Source: Antechinus flavipes (taxonomy: Eukaryota). Taken from it: DNA of 64,000 nucleotides. The stretch covers positions 18,724,001 through 18,788,000 of the forward strand of contig NC_067400.1 of the NCBI RefSeq assembly GCF_016432865.1, given 5' to 3'. Below, piece by piece: positions 24,040 to 36,829 of the stretch; position 1 is the stretch's first letter, and every line of letters begins with the position of its first letter. Under the pieces are notes generated by a model that saw only the letters and a list, made by a program, of their open reading frames with translations, was not told the origin of the DNA and did no database searches. Made by a program: the position numbers and the translations under genes.

Positions 24040-24130
24040 AACTGCTATGGGTTGAGAATAAGGACCTTTGTACATTTATACTTTGCCTTTGTTGACCCAA
24101 TTATAGGCAAATAGTGTTTTATGAGGGCTT
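24040..24130 (-). promoter_or_regulatory. ARL14 proximal promoter
   Basis: On the minus strand: TATAAA at 24080-24075 (about 112 bp before the ATG), HNF4-like caaaggtcc (24070-24062) and ggcaaagt (24087-24080), and CDX-type cataaaa (24123-24117). This fits the known gut expression of ARL14. Confidence 0.6.
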
Positions 24131-24534
24131 GGTCTGGCCAGCCTGTGCTAGGAGTGGAGGTGCCATGAAACAATAATCCAATCGATCTTGCCACTCAAAG
24201 GTTGAGATATTTTACAAATGAATAGGAGCATGGTAGTGCCATGCTCCAGAAAAAGGCAGCTTTGTTCTTCCTGGAGTGCCAGAATCTGAGTAAGAAAAGG
24301 CAGCTAATCAATCAATCAATCAATCAATCAACATTAGGTGCCAAGCCTTGGGAAAGCAGGTTTCACTATGGAAAACTGACTTTGTAAGGCTTGTAGAATC
24401 ATGGGATCTCAGTTACCAGAGTGACCTCCAAAGGTCTAGCTCTGTCCAGATGGTGAATCCTTCCACTCTGCTTTGGGGTCACTCAATAGAGTGACCTAAT
24501 CAATATATTCGGCAGTTTGCCTTGAACCCAGGAT

Positions 24535-24765
24535 ATGTGTTAAGGACCCTTGGGCCGTTTGCCAAAGCCTGCGGACCCCATATCAGACTAACATTTGTAA
24601 ATGCATTAAATTAAGATTAGAAAGCAAACTGAGCATTTTGAGATGCCATGTGGTGAAGCCTAATTTTTTAAATGCCCATCATAAAATATGACTTCAAAGA
24701 AAATCACTTCTATTGAAATTATAATTTTTCAAAAATTAAGTTATGGTGTTTGGACCTTGAGTTAA
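24535..24765. mobile_element. hAT Charlie4-like remnant
   Basis: ggacccttgggccgtttgccaaagcctgcggacccc...aaatgcattaaa...ggaccttgagttaaggactc. Confidence 0.55.
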
Positions 24766-27700
24766 GGACTCTTGTTTTATATCAAGGTGAGATTTTTGTT
24801 TCTGCAAGCTAAAAGAAGAAGAAAATAGATTTAGAGTTAGAAGGGATCTGAGACACTTCCCCATTTGACGGATGAGGAAACTGAGACCCAAAGAGATTTC
24901 AGTAACTTGCAGGTAATGATGAATAAAGCCGAAGTTTGAATCTGAATGCTCTCACTTCAAATGGAGAGATCTTTCCATTGTAACTCACTGTTTCCCATCC
25001 ACTGTGGTGCCCAGGAAGAAGTCTAATCTGTCTTCTATATGAAATCCTTCTTTGTTCCCTACTGAGCTACGGGCTCAGTGTCTCTAGTTCCTTCAGTGGA
25101 ACCTTCTGTAGCATCATCTTGAGAATCCCCTAAATTTTTGTTCTCCTTCCTCAAATTTGGCTACTCCCATATGGGTCTGATCTGACAAAAAAAGCCAGTT
25201 TTGCTTTCCTCATAAATCACTGTACTTTTTACTTTTATGTGGGTCGGTGTAGGAGAGCAAGAGAGCCTAATTTTAAAACGATCTATCCTGCTGCTTTACT
25301 GCCTTATTGTGGGTCATCAAACATTGGTTAGTCTGATCATTAAACTCCTGTTTATTGCTTATTTTAGTAATTATTTTTATTTTCTTTGATTATTTCACTT
25401 ATTAAAGTTTTATGGAGATAGTCATCTTTCAGATGTACCGCTACCTCTTCCATAGACCTCCTCCCTTGGCAGGAGAAAGAGCTCAGCCAGACCAGCCAAC
25501 ATAGCAGCTGTGCCCAACAATATATGGAATGGTTCCCAACTTCTCTATGGGAAGGAAGGCTTCGGATTTCATCATGTTTACTGAGATCAAGGTTTTCCTG
25601 CTTTATAACTAAAACCTTCAACTTAATTTTTAATTCTTAAACTGATAGAGCAGAGGTAAGGTTATCTGTGCCCCACTTTGCTTGTTAAAGGCTCCAGTTT
25701 TGATGTCTTACATCTCCACACAAGAGTTCCATTAATTTATCAGCTTCTGAGGATGCAGAGGCAGCTGGACCGAGAGGCAGGAAGACCTTGAGTTCAAAGG
25801 CAGCTTTAGACACTCACTAACTGTGTGACCCTGGAGGAGTCACTTAATGTCGACTTACAACAATGGAGATCATTGTGATCAACTGTGATAGACTTGGCTT
25901 TTTTCAGCAATTGAGTGATCCAAGGCAATTTTAATAAACTCCGGATGGAAAAAGTCATTGGCCTCCAGAGAGAGAACTATGGAGACTGAATGCAGACACT
26001 TCCCCCTTTTTTTTATTCTTTTTTTTTCTTCTCATGGTTTTTCCCTTTTGTTCTGCTTTTTCTCTTCCAATGTGACTCATATTGTATATATAATATATAT
26101 AAATATGTATATTTTGTATATGTATAAATATGTATTAAAATGAATGTACCTGTATAACCTTAAAAAAATCAGAAAAAAAGAAAAACAATTGGAGATCATA
26201 ATAGCACCTACCTCCCAGGATTGTGATGAGGATCAAATGAAATAAAATCAAATCAGAGTGACTGTTGCAGAGTAGATGCTTAAGATATGCTTATTTCTCT
26301 CCTCCCTTCCTGGAGAGCAAAGTGAAAGTCATTTCTATATCTCTCCAGGCCCTAGCATTACCCATAAAATAGGTGATAAAATTGCTTAAAGTGAACAGAA
26401 TCTAAACCAAAGCAAAACCAGCTACCATCCAAGGTCAAACGTAACACAAGGATGTCTGGAGGGGAGCATGAGGACACTCCCACACATTCATTCTCATTGG
26501 CAAAATGAGTTGTTACCCAGACACTGACAAGGGGACCTCTCATCACTGAGCTTGCCTCTCCTTCTATATGCAGATTGCAGCTACTCAGTGGCAGCCTTCT
26601 CCTCCTGCATCTGGAGGATTGGGGGGACCTCCCCACAGAATGGGGGACTTTTCCTATTTTGTTAGACCATGTAAGAATACCTGTGGAAAGAACACGGGTT
26701 GTTGACCCGTTACTTGGTCTTGACGTGACCATTTGAAAAATGAGGGTGTGATTGCTGCCCTGTTAAATTCATAGAGCTGTTGTGAAGCTTAAAAAAACAC
26801 TATAGAAATGCAAGTTTTTATGTTGAAAGAGTGTAACATTTTCCTTTTTGGGGGTGGTTTTTGTTTACTTCTTTACATGCTTATTTTAGAGAAAAGACAA
26901 ATGCTTCTTGTCTATGTATCTCTCACTGATAACAATGGCGCTGGGGAGAAGGGTAAGACAACTTGGCTTTTGTTAAAATTAAATTGTAATTTATTTTCAA
27001 ATAAAGACTCATTCGCTGTCTTTCCAGTCATTTCCTCTTCCCAACCCATAAAGAAAGCATCCTCTGTTACATCAACTTAAGAACTTGACTTTGAATCCTG
27101 GATATCGAGTGGTCTTGGCCAAGTCACTTAACATTAACTGTTTCTTTCTCTGTAAGAAGAGGGATTGAGCTAGACGATTTCTAGTGGTATATCGACACAA
27201 ATGATTATTTTATTGGTTGGAATGCTGAAGCTGGAATTAGGAAGAACTGTGATCCAATCCTGCCTCAAGAACTTACTTAGCTGATGGGTGAGTCACTTTG
27301 CCCCATCTGACTCAGTTTCCTCCTCTGTAAAAAGGGGCTAATAACAGCACCTACCCTCGAAAAAATCTTAAAGTGCTCTATCAAAGTTAGCTATTGCTAT
27401 TATTAGTATAATCAAATAAACAAAGTATTTGAGATGTAGTCTGACCAGTTCAGAATACATTAGAATTAAAATCTATGTTTTTGGTATCCTATGCTTCTGT
27501 TAATACAGTATAAGATTGGGGAAGGGTTTTTTGACTGCTATTTTATGCTGTAAGAGGACAATTACACACACACACGCACACGCACACATGTTTTTGTTTT
27601 CAGATAAAATGTTCTTTAGACTCAGATTTTTGCAGATTTTTCACACTTTGTATTTCTTTTTCCTCTTCTGATACCTCAAGGGGGTCTGGAGATAGATGAC

Positions 27701-27929
27701 CTTGGATTCTTAAAGTCTCTGCCCACTGAGAACAAGCTCTGGATAGGCCGGATGCCTGTGGTCTGAGCTAAGTTTAGAGACACTCATTGCCAGGCTGACT
27801 GCAGGGTGACAATTGTTCAGCCACAGCCACTCATCTGCTGGGCAGGCCAAGGCCCTTCTCATTTAGAAGGGCTATTGTGAAACTGTGGCCCTTTGATGTA
27901 TTGTTAATCTTTGTGTTAATATGGTAGCC

Positions 27930-28335
27930 CATTGTTTCAGGCTGACAAAATCTTTTTGAATAACCATTCTGTCATCCAGCATATTACCTCTGCTTTCTAA
28001 CTTCTGCCCTATGCAAATTTAATAATCATACTTTTTATGTCAATATCCAAATCAGTGGTTAAAATATTAAATGGAACAGCCCCAAGTATAGAGTTCATGA
28101 CATGCTCATTGGAGACCTTTTTCCAGGTTCATGTTAATTTATACTCTTTGGGGTTTGGTCATTCAAGCATCTATAAATACACCCAACTATATCGTCATTT
28201 TTCATCTTGTCCACAAGGATATAAGAGATTTGGTTAAATTTACTTCAAGAATCAGATACACCAAGAGCCCTATAATATTTTCTCAATCTATTAGACCAGT
28301 AATCCTAACAAAAAAGGAAATGAGGTTAGTCTGAT
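27930..28335 (-). mobile_element. L3/CR1 RT fragment
   Basis: tgcaaatttaataatcat...ccaaatcagtggttaaaatattaaa...ggagacc... is the reverse complement of the CR1 RT core. Confidence 0.7.
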
Positions 28336-28389
28336 GTATTGTGTATGTGTGTGTATGTGCACGGGGGGATTTTATTAAAATCATTAGAT

Positions 28390-30620
28390 TTGGCAATTAA
28401 GAAATAATTTCACATTTATCAGATTATTTAATATAACTGAAAAAGAAAATGACAAATGTTGGAGAGGATTGGGAAAATGAAAATACTAATTCATTGTTGG
28501 TGAAGTTGTATACTGATTCAATCAGTTGTACTGGGAAGCAATTTGTAGCTATGTCCAAAGTGCTATCAAACAATGCATCTCTCTCTTTTTAAAAATTATT
28601 ATAGCTTTTTATTAACAAGATATATACATGGGTAATTTTTCAGCTTTGACAATTGCAAAACCTGTTGTTCCAATTTTTCCCTTTCTTCCCCCTACCCCCT
28701 CCCCCAGATGACAGGTTGACCAATACATGTTAAATATGTTAAAGTATAAGTTAAATACAATATATGTATACATGTCCAGACAGTTAATTTGCTGTATAAA
28801 AAGAGTTGGACTTTGAAATAGTGTATAATTAGCCTGTGAAGGAAATCAACAATGCAGGCGGGCAAAAATAGAGGGATTGGAAATTCTATTTAATGGTTCA
28901 TAGTCATCTTCCAGAGTTCTTTCCCTGAGTGTAGCTGGTTCAGTTCATTACTGCTCTATTGGAACTGATTTGGTTCATCTCATTGCTGAAGATGGCCACG
29001 TCCATCAGAATTGATCATGATACAGTATTGTTGTTGAAGTATATAATGATCTGGTCCTGCTCATTTCACTCAGCATCAGTTCATGTAAGTCTCTCCAGGC
29101 CTTTCTGAAATCATCCTGCTGGTCATTTCTTACAGAACGATAATATTCCATGATATTTATATACCACAATTATTCAGCCATGCTCCAACTGATGGGCATC
29201 CACTCAGTTTCCAGTTTCTGGCCACTACAAAGAGGGCTGCCACAAACATTCTTGCACAGAAATACTTCTATTAGGTTTGTACCTCAAAGAGATCAAAGGA
29301 AAAGGAAAAGGCTTGTATGGACAAAAATATTTATAGCAGCCCTTTCTGTGGAAGCAAAGAATTGAAAATTGAAGGGATATCCATCAATTGAGGAATGTGT
29401 ATATAAATGTGATGGAATTCATTCTATAAGTAATGAACTGGTGGATTTCAGAAAAACCTTAAAAGACTGAGCAGAACCAGGAAAATATTATACTGAGTAA
29501 CAGCAATATTGTGTGATGATTAACTATGATAAACTTAAATTTTCTTAGCAAAACAGTGATCCAAGACAATTCTAAAAGACTTGTGATGAAAAATGCCATC
29601 CACACCCAGAGAAAGAACTATGGAAACTAATCTAGATTGAAGCATACTATTTTCATTTAATTTTTTTTTTAATTTTAAAAATCTTTCTTGTGGTTTTTCC
29701 CCTTTGTTCTGCTACTTCTTTCACAACATGACTAACAGAAAATGTGTTTCACTTGGTTGTACTTGTATAGTCTATATTGGATTTTTTCCTGCCTTGGGGA
29801 GGAGGGAGGGAAGGGAGAGAGTGAGATAAATCTGGAATGACAAAAATTGATTTTGAAAAGTATTTTTACATTAGTAAGAAAAAAATAAAATACTATTAAT
29901 TGGAAGGAAAGGAAATGATGCACAATAAGCTTTCAGAAAAACCTTAAATAAAGAGTTACATGAACTGATGCAAAATGAAATGAACAGAACCAGAAAAACA
30001 CTATACACAATAACAGCAGTATTGCAAGTATGATCAACTGTGAATAATTTCACTATTCTCAGCAGTACAATGATCTAAAACAATTCCAAAGAATTTAGGG
30101 AAAATGTGATCTACTTTTGGGAAAAAAAAAACTGATGGAGCATGAATACATATCGAAGCATAGTTTTTTCTTTTTGCTTCATCATTTTTTATTTTCTGGT
30201 CTGCATTTTTTTTTGTTTTTTGCAACATGATAATATAGAAATATTTTGCATGCATATAAAATCTATATTAAATTGCTTGCCTTCTCAAGAAAAAGGGGAA
30301 AGATGAAAGGGAGAGAATTTGAAATTCAAAATTTTAAAAATTAATGTTAAAACTTTTTGTTTATATATAATTGAGAAAAGATAAAATATAAATTAAGCGA
30401 CAAAGAAAAGAAGGAAGGAAGCAAGGAAAGAAGGAAAAAGAGAGTGAGATAAATCTGGAACAACACAAAAATGAATTTTGAAAACTATCTTTACATTAAT
30501 TAGAAAAAAATAAAATATTATTAACTGGGGAAAAGAAAATGATGAGCAATAAGCTTTCAGAAAAACCTTGAAAGACTTACATGAACTGATGCAAAATGAA
30601 ATAAGCAAAACACAGAAGAA
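28390..30620 (+). mobile_element. Cluster of old L1 3' fragments
   Basis: L1 ORF2-end and 3' UTR motifs (gagttacatgaactgatgcaaaatgaaatg...). Confidence 0.75.
28590..29270 (-). mobile_element. Younger L1 3' end nested in old L1
   Basis: Same 3' UTR family as 19304-19799, plus the ORF2 terminus. Confidence 0.85.
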
Positions 30621-30639
30621 ATTTTCTTTCACTTTGGAG

Positions 30640-32100
30640 AGAATAGTTTTGGTTGAATGATGAGGTTGGAATCCTAACAACAAGGAATTAAGAGGACAGA
30701 GTAAAGAAAATGGAATTATTATAGACAGCCTCCTCAAAAAGCTTAGCCACTGAAGGAAGGAGATATACAGTTCCATAGTCATGGAAGATCAAGGTAGGAA
30801 AGAGGTTGACCTAACAGGAGACATGGATATGTATGTAGGCATCAGGAAAGCATTCAGTATATAGGGAAACACTGAAGGTTGTTGAGATTGCAGGTATGAT
30901 AAAGGGGGAAACTGAGGAAGAAGACAGGATGGATTGGGATCACTCATGCAGATAAAGGGGTTTGTCTTAGTAAGGAGAAGGGTCACTTCTTCATGTGAGA
31001 CAGGAGTGAGGGAGAAGAGAATAGCAGAAAGGATTTGAGTGATGTGAGAAGAGAAAAAGGGAAGAAGAAGTTGTCTTTAAATGGCCTGAATATTTTCAGT
31101 GAAACATAAGGCAGTGTTCTCAGCTGGGAGAGTAGGGAGAGGGGGAGTTGTGGCAAGTTTAAGGAGGAATGAAAAGGTTTAGAAGAGCCATGATAGAGAG
31201 TGGAGCCGTGACTTGATTAAGGACGTATGAAAGGATTGTCTTGCTGAGGTCCAGTCCAGATTATGTAACACAAATTTTTCATGATTTTCTCTAGCTTTGT
31301 TCAGCAGTGAATGAGTAAGAATGAAGGCAATGGATGAGTAATCCAAGACAGGAGTTTGCAAGGATAACATCTTTGAAGGATTAAAGGGGCAAGACCCTTG
31401 AAAGAAGAAAACAATGTAGAACAGAACTGATTTGCCAAAGAGCCAACATGGGAAAGATAGAAGACCATAGCCAGTACAGAGATGATGCCCAGGAAAGAAC
31501 TGAGGGGTGATGGAACAGGAGGTTAAGGAAGGATGAAGAATGTTGTTCGGGGTAACAAAACAGGAGAAGAGGAATGACAACAGACTATGAATAGGTAAAA
31601 GAATTTTAGAATTCATGAATAAGGATATGGAATACTTACAGGCAATGGCAAAATAAATTTCTATATGGTTGTGGTAGAATTGAAGGATAAGGGAAATTAG
31701 ATTATTTGAAAAAATATCAATAAGTATCTAGCATGAGGGCAGGAGGTTCACATAAAGCCTGTGAACCAAGCCCTGGACTCATGGAAGAAGGAAGGAAAGT
31801 ATCCTGGAGGTCTGCAGATAGCAGCTACCAAAGTTTTGATTGGTAATAAGTGTGGATTGAATGAATCTCCAAGGAAGAAAGATTATGGAATGATGGTGAC
31901 AGAAGGCAAGCTTGGAAGTGGTAAAGGGGAGCAAGGAGTAATCTAACTTCCACTAGGAAAAGTGGCAGTGACCTAGGTGCACAGTGACAGTGTGACTTAG
32001 ATGACAATGCAATTAGGAATAGAAAGAATAGCTGGGTAAGTTGTGTAGCAGAGAAAAGGCAAGAAAATGGAGGGAGCAACAAAAGAAAAGTTTTGAGATG
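30640..32100 (-). mobile_element. L2 ORF2 remnant
   Basis: Purine-rich strand typical of antisense L2; ORF pieces such as HNLDWTSARQSFHTSLIKSRLHS. Confidence 0.7.
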
Positions 32101-32379
32101 AAATTCATTTTGTTATCTATGGAATAGGCATTTCAGAGAGCGCAGAACTTTTGAGTAGCTTTAGAATGGAAAGTTGAGTTGAAGAGAATGGGAATGGGTG
32201 GTGAATAGAAAACATTAGTTTGACCAATGACAACCTGGGATCCAGATACTTAATAAGTTGTGTGATTCTACTTAAACTCTTTAGAATTCAGTTCTCATCT
32301 TTAAAATGAGGAGATTACATATAATCATTTCTACAGTCCTTGAAGGTTTAAATCTATCATCCAATAGTGTGCAAATATG

Positions 32380-32890
32380 CTTTCCTTTCCATAGTTCCTC
32401 TCCCAGCATTTATTTTTCTGTCTTTTGTCATTTTTGTTAATTTGCCAAAGTAGAATATGAAGAATTAAACCTCAAAGATATTTCATTTTGTGTCTTTTTT
32501 ATTACTAGTGATTTCTTTCATAATATTGTCAATAGTTCATGGTTCTTCTTAAGAAAACTGTTCACATCCATCGACAATTTCCCTACTGAAGATCTTGTTT
32601 CATTTTTGTCAATTTGCCCAAGTGGAGTATGAAGAATTAACCTCAGAGATATTTCATTTTGTGCTTCTTTGATTAATAGTGATTTGGAATAGTCTTTCAT
32701 AATATTGTCAATAGTTCATGATTCTTCTTTTGAAATCTGTTCACATCCATTGACCATTTCCCTACTGAAAATCTTGTTTTTAAATAGTTTTATTAATTTC
32801 CTACATGTTTTAGATGACTTTTCTTCAGAGATATTTGATACAATTCTTTCCTTTCATAATTTTTTTTCTAATTACATATAAAGATAGTTT
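32380..32890 (-). mobile_element. Old L1 fragment with an internal tandem duplication of about 175 bp
   Basis: Copies at 32429-32600 and 32601-32779. Confidence 0.7.
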
Positions 32891-32904
32891 GGAAATCAAA
32901 ATGA

Positions 32905-33588
32905 TGTAGACACCAGATGATGGAAGGCACCAAAATCTGGGGTTCGGTCATGTGAAGAATTCACAATGGCCAGTCTCTTTGATAAAAGGTAGTTTTATTT
33001 AGGAAAGATGTTACAGAAAAAATGAAGGTATGCAAATAGAGGCTAGAAATGGCAAATATGAAATAGAATGGGAGAGCATATGAAAGACCAGTTCCTCAGT
33101 GGAACACATAATTACTCAGTAGAAAGGGAGCACACATGAGATTGGGGCATGTCCTTAGCTGGCAGGCTAAATCCCAAAAGGGATTTAGCATCCTAAAAGA
33201 GTTAGTTAGCTATAAGGAGGAGAAGTGGGGTTGAAAGCATAATGGAGTTAGAAGAGATACCATGTGACATGAAGGGAAGGAGGGAAGGAGAAAGACACCA
33301 TGAGACAGAGTGCTGTGGTGAGCTGACCCAAAGAAGGGCAGTAGCTATGGGACAGCCCATAAGTAGATTTTTGTAGGGAAAATTTAATCTAAGAGACATA
33401 TTTTGGATTTCTTACAGGGCATGATAGAGTGCTCAAGGCTTCTTCAGAAGGTGGATCTCAGAGGGGTTTGACATAACCTGGATTTCACACTCGAAGATCT
33501 TCCCAGAGGGTGGGACCATGATTTCTATCAGTACTTTCTCCCTGCTTGCTTCAGGGATCAATTCTTAGTTTCTCTCTGTCTAAAACAC
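32905..33588 (-). mobile_element. Putative solo LTR inserted in L1
   Basis: TG...CA bounded; AATAAA on the minus strand at about 32999-32994; L1 sequence resumes on both sides (atagttt repeated). Confidence 0.45.
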
Positions 33589-33969
33589 CATTCATAAATA
33601 GTTTACAACATTCATTTTTATAAAATTTTGAATTCCAAATTTTTCTCCTTTCTTTCTCCTTGCCCTCCCAAGACAGCAGGCAATTTGATATGACATACAT
33701 GTGTTAAACATATTTTCATTAGTCAAATAATTCTTTCCCAATTGATCATTTTCTACCTTGTTCTAGCTGCATTGCTTTTGTTTATGCAGAAGTTTTTGAA
33801 TTTTATGTAATTGAAGTTGTCTATTATTTTCTTTTACAATCTCTTCCTCTAGCAGTAGTTGTAAAAGGTATCTCCTCCCATCCTCCAATTGTTTTATGAT
33901 ATGGCCTTTTGGGGGATAAAGGTTTCTGATAAAGATAAAAAGCTAGACTAGAGTTGAATAGCTATTTTC

Positions 33970-34500
33970 TCTCTGTTGTCTTTTAATTACACCATCTGCC
34001 CTAAGCCAAGGGCCAATCCCTCCCTGATTCTTTTTCTTGATCTTAGCATTTTTTATCAGCCTCAGCTCACTTTGGGTTTTATTGCCCTAGTGCTCTCCTT
34101 TATATTTGCATATTACTATTATTACATTCCTTATTGTCTTTGTTTATGCAACCCTTTTATTTTTTCTACACATAAAATTTTAAAATCAGAACTCATTGGA
34201 GGATTCCCCAGCTTATTTTCTTTAAACTTCTCGTTTTTTTTCCTCATTCAGGTCTTTGGATCCTGTAGCCAGAATTTCATAGTTGAGAACCTCTCAATCT
34301 TCTTGAGTCATCAATTTTAGTGATTAGAAACTCTGGTCATGGCATTGTATTTAGAATCTCATTGGACTTTTTGGAATTTGCTTTTCTGAAACCTTAGCCA
34401 CATCTGAATATAAACAAACTCTGGATTTTCTTCCTTGGCCACAATGAATTCTAAGATGACAGCATCTGTTTTGGCCAAGGCTCCTGCTGAATTCATGTTT
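33970..34500 (-). mobile_element. L3/CR1 fragment (EN-RT linker)
   Basis: Minus strand reads atcttagaattcattgtggccaaggaag and gagctgaggctgataaaaaatgctaag, both CR1-like. Confidence 0.6.
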
Positions 34501-35056
34501 CCAACCAGCTTTTTTTTTTTTTTTTTTTTTCATATTATAAGCCAGGTCTGACTCAGGATCTTCTAGTGGTTCATTCATGGGACTGGAATGAAATTAGAAA
34601 TTTGTAGATCATTTAACATAAGAAAAAAAGTAACACCTACCTCAGAAATGACTCAATTGCCTCTGACATTTATAGGTCGAGTCCCCAGAGAGATGGTTGC
34701 TATAACTCTCAGGATTCTAGGGGTAACTCTGTGGATGATTCTCTTTAATAATCATCTAATAGACAATTATTTTGCAAAGGCATTTACTTAAATGGTAATA
34801 AGCAAGAACAGTAGTTCCGAAGCATTTTTTCCAAAACTTGGATTAATTCTCACACAAAAATACATGACAATTCTTGCCTTAAGAAGTTTATATTCAGAGG
34901 TGGAAAGACAGCAAATAAAAGGAAACTGAAAATTTTGGTGGTTTGGTGAAGGCAGGGGAGAGGGAAGGTAATAAAGGTAATTCCATGGAGAAATTCAGTG
35001 ACTAAGGAGAAAGGGGAAGGGAGAAGGGGTGGAGGAAAGGGAGGGAAAAAAGGAAG

Positions 35057-35092
<36 letters not shown>

Positions 35093-35214
35093 ATGAGCAT
35101 TGTGGCTTGTTTTAGCATTTTCTCAAAATAGAAGTTCTGAGAAGAAATTCATGAATTGTAGGAAGGGGCTATAAGGATAGATTGATCTTTTAGAGTGAAA
35201 AGAACATCGGAGAG

Positions 35215-35440
35215 GAAGGAAGGAAGGAAGGAAGGGAATCAGTATTTATATAGTGCCTACTTCGTGCCAGAGGCTTTTATAACTATGATCTCACCTGATC
35301 CTCACAATGATCCTTCCAGGTAGGTACTATTTTCTCCATTTTGCAGTTGAGGAAACTGAGGCAGACAGAGATAAAGTGACTTTCCCAGGATCCCTAGTAA
35401 GTCTATCTGAGTAAATATCCATTGCCTCCAGAAGAGGCAT
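35215..35440 (-). mobile_element. MIR
   Basis: gatcctcacaatgatcc...ttttgcagttgaggaaactgaggcagacagag. Confidence 0.7.
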
Positions 35441-36497
35441 CCCTGAAGGTAAGAAGGTGACTGAATTATGTAGAAGCCTGAAGAGTCCCCAACAAAGCCA
35501 GGAAGGAGAGGGAATGGTGGGCAGGGAGACTTTCTCAAAAGGCAGGCTCCAGGAGAGAATTTGGGAGGGCCCAAGGGTCAAGAAGGGAATACTGAGGCGT
35601 GGGGGAGAAATGGACCATCAAAGTCAGAGCCAGGAGAGAAAGAAGTGAGTGAGAGGAAGGCAACAAGCAGCAAAGATAACCCAACTCTGGACACGAAGTG
35701 GACATGGTTTCCTACTTGGGAGAGTCCTTTCAAACTTCACTGGAGGGTCTGGGTCCAGTAATGAAAAAATTGGGCTTCTGGGTTTGGGGCTTCATTTAGA
35801 TGAGTCAGTCCCTGGGGCTCTATGGGCTAATCTGATTCAGGATATTGGGCTGGGGTGGGGGGCAACTACTTCCCCACTGGTCCAGGAAAAGCTACTCTGC
35901 TGCTAGATTGGGCTGCGCAGGTTGCTTGGTAAATGGATCTTCTCAGTGGAATAAAACAATCAACATTTATTATTAAGTACCTACTATGTGCCAAGCTCTG
36001 TGCAGCCTGTAGTCTGTGCCAGATGAGTGAATCTGCTGGACTTGAACTTCTGTGCTCTCTCCAGTTGGAGGGTGACAGCTCGCTCTTTCAGGAGGCCACT
36101 CTTTCTGCTGGGGCGTGACCCTCAGCCTTGGACTTCCTCTGAACTTCCATTCTGAAATTAGGTCCCCTCAGGCAGCCTTGCCCCCATTTGAGCTTTTCTT
36201 GGTAAAGGTACTGGAGTGCTTTGCCATTTCCTCTCCAGCTCATTTTACAGATGAGAGAAAATGGAAGGAAATGAGGAAGAAAAGAAGAGGAAGGAGAAGA
36301 AAGAGGAGACCAGTGCAGAAATTTCTAAAAACCAGAAAATGTTGGAAAATGGAACAATCTAAACATCAGAAAACTAATGAATGAAAATAGAATCTACACA
36401 AGCATATAATGTTTTTTCTATAACACATTGTTTTTTCTGCAATAACCCTATGAAATAGGATAGATTTATATGACACATAATATATATATATAGTATT

Positions 36498-36810
36498 CCC
36501 CATTTTACAGTTGCAAATATAACATATATGTATATGTATGTATATTATACATATATATTATTCTCCATCTTATAGATGAGAACATAAAATTGGTGTTTTA
36601 TGTTTATTATTCCCTAATTTGCTGATGAGAAAACAGTATATATGTGTGTATATGTCATTCAACATTTTTTAGATTAGCAATTTATTTGTGTGTACATATA
36701 ATTCCTCATTTTACAGATGACAATATAACATGTTTATATATGTTGTCCCCCATCTTATAGAAAATAACATTATATACCTATGTAAATGTCCATTTTATAG
36801 ATGAGGAAGC
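36498..36810 (+). repeat. Degenerate array of 7 SINE-core motifs with TA-rich spacers
   Basis: cc(c/t)attttacagatga-like units at about 36498, 36563, 36611, 36659, 36703, 36747 and 36789. Confidence 0.7.
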
Positions 36811-36829
36811 TGGATCTTTTTTTAGAAAA

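Noticed and set aside
24477-24496. Perfect 8-bp hairpin ggtcactc-aata-gagtgacc upstream of ARL14
   Set aside because: Stems of this length are expected by chance in 64 kb, and the spacing does not match a standard nuclear-receptor element
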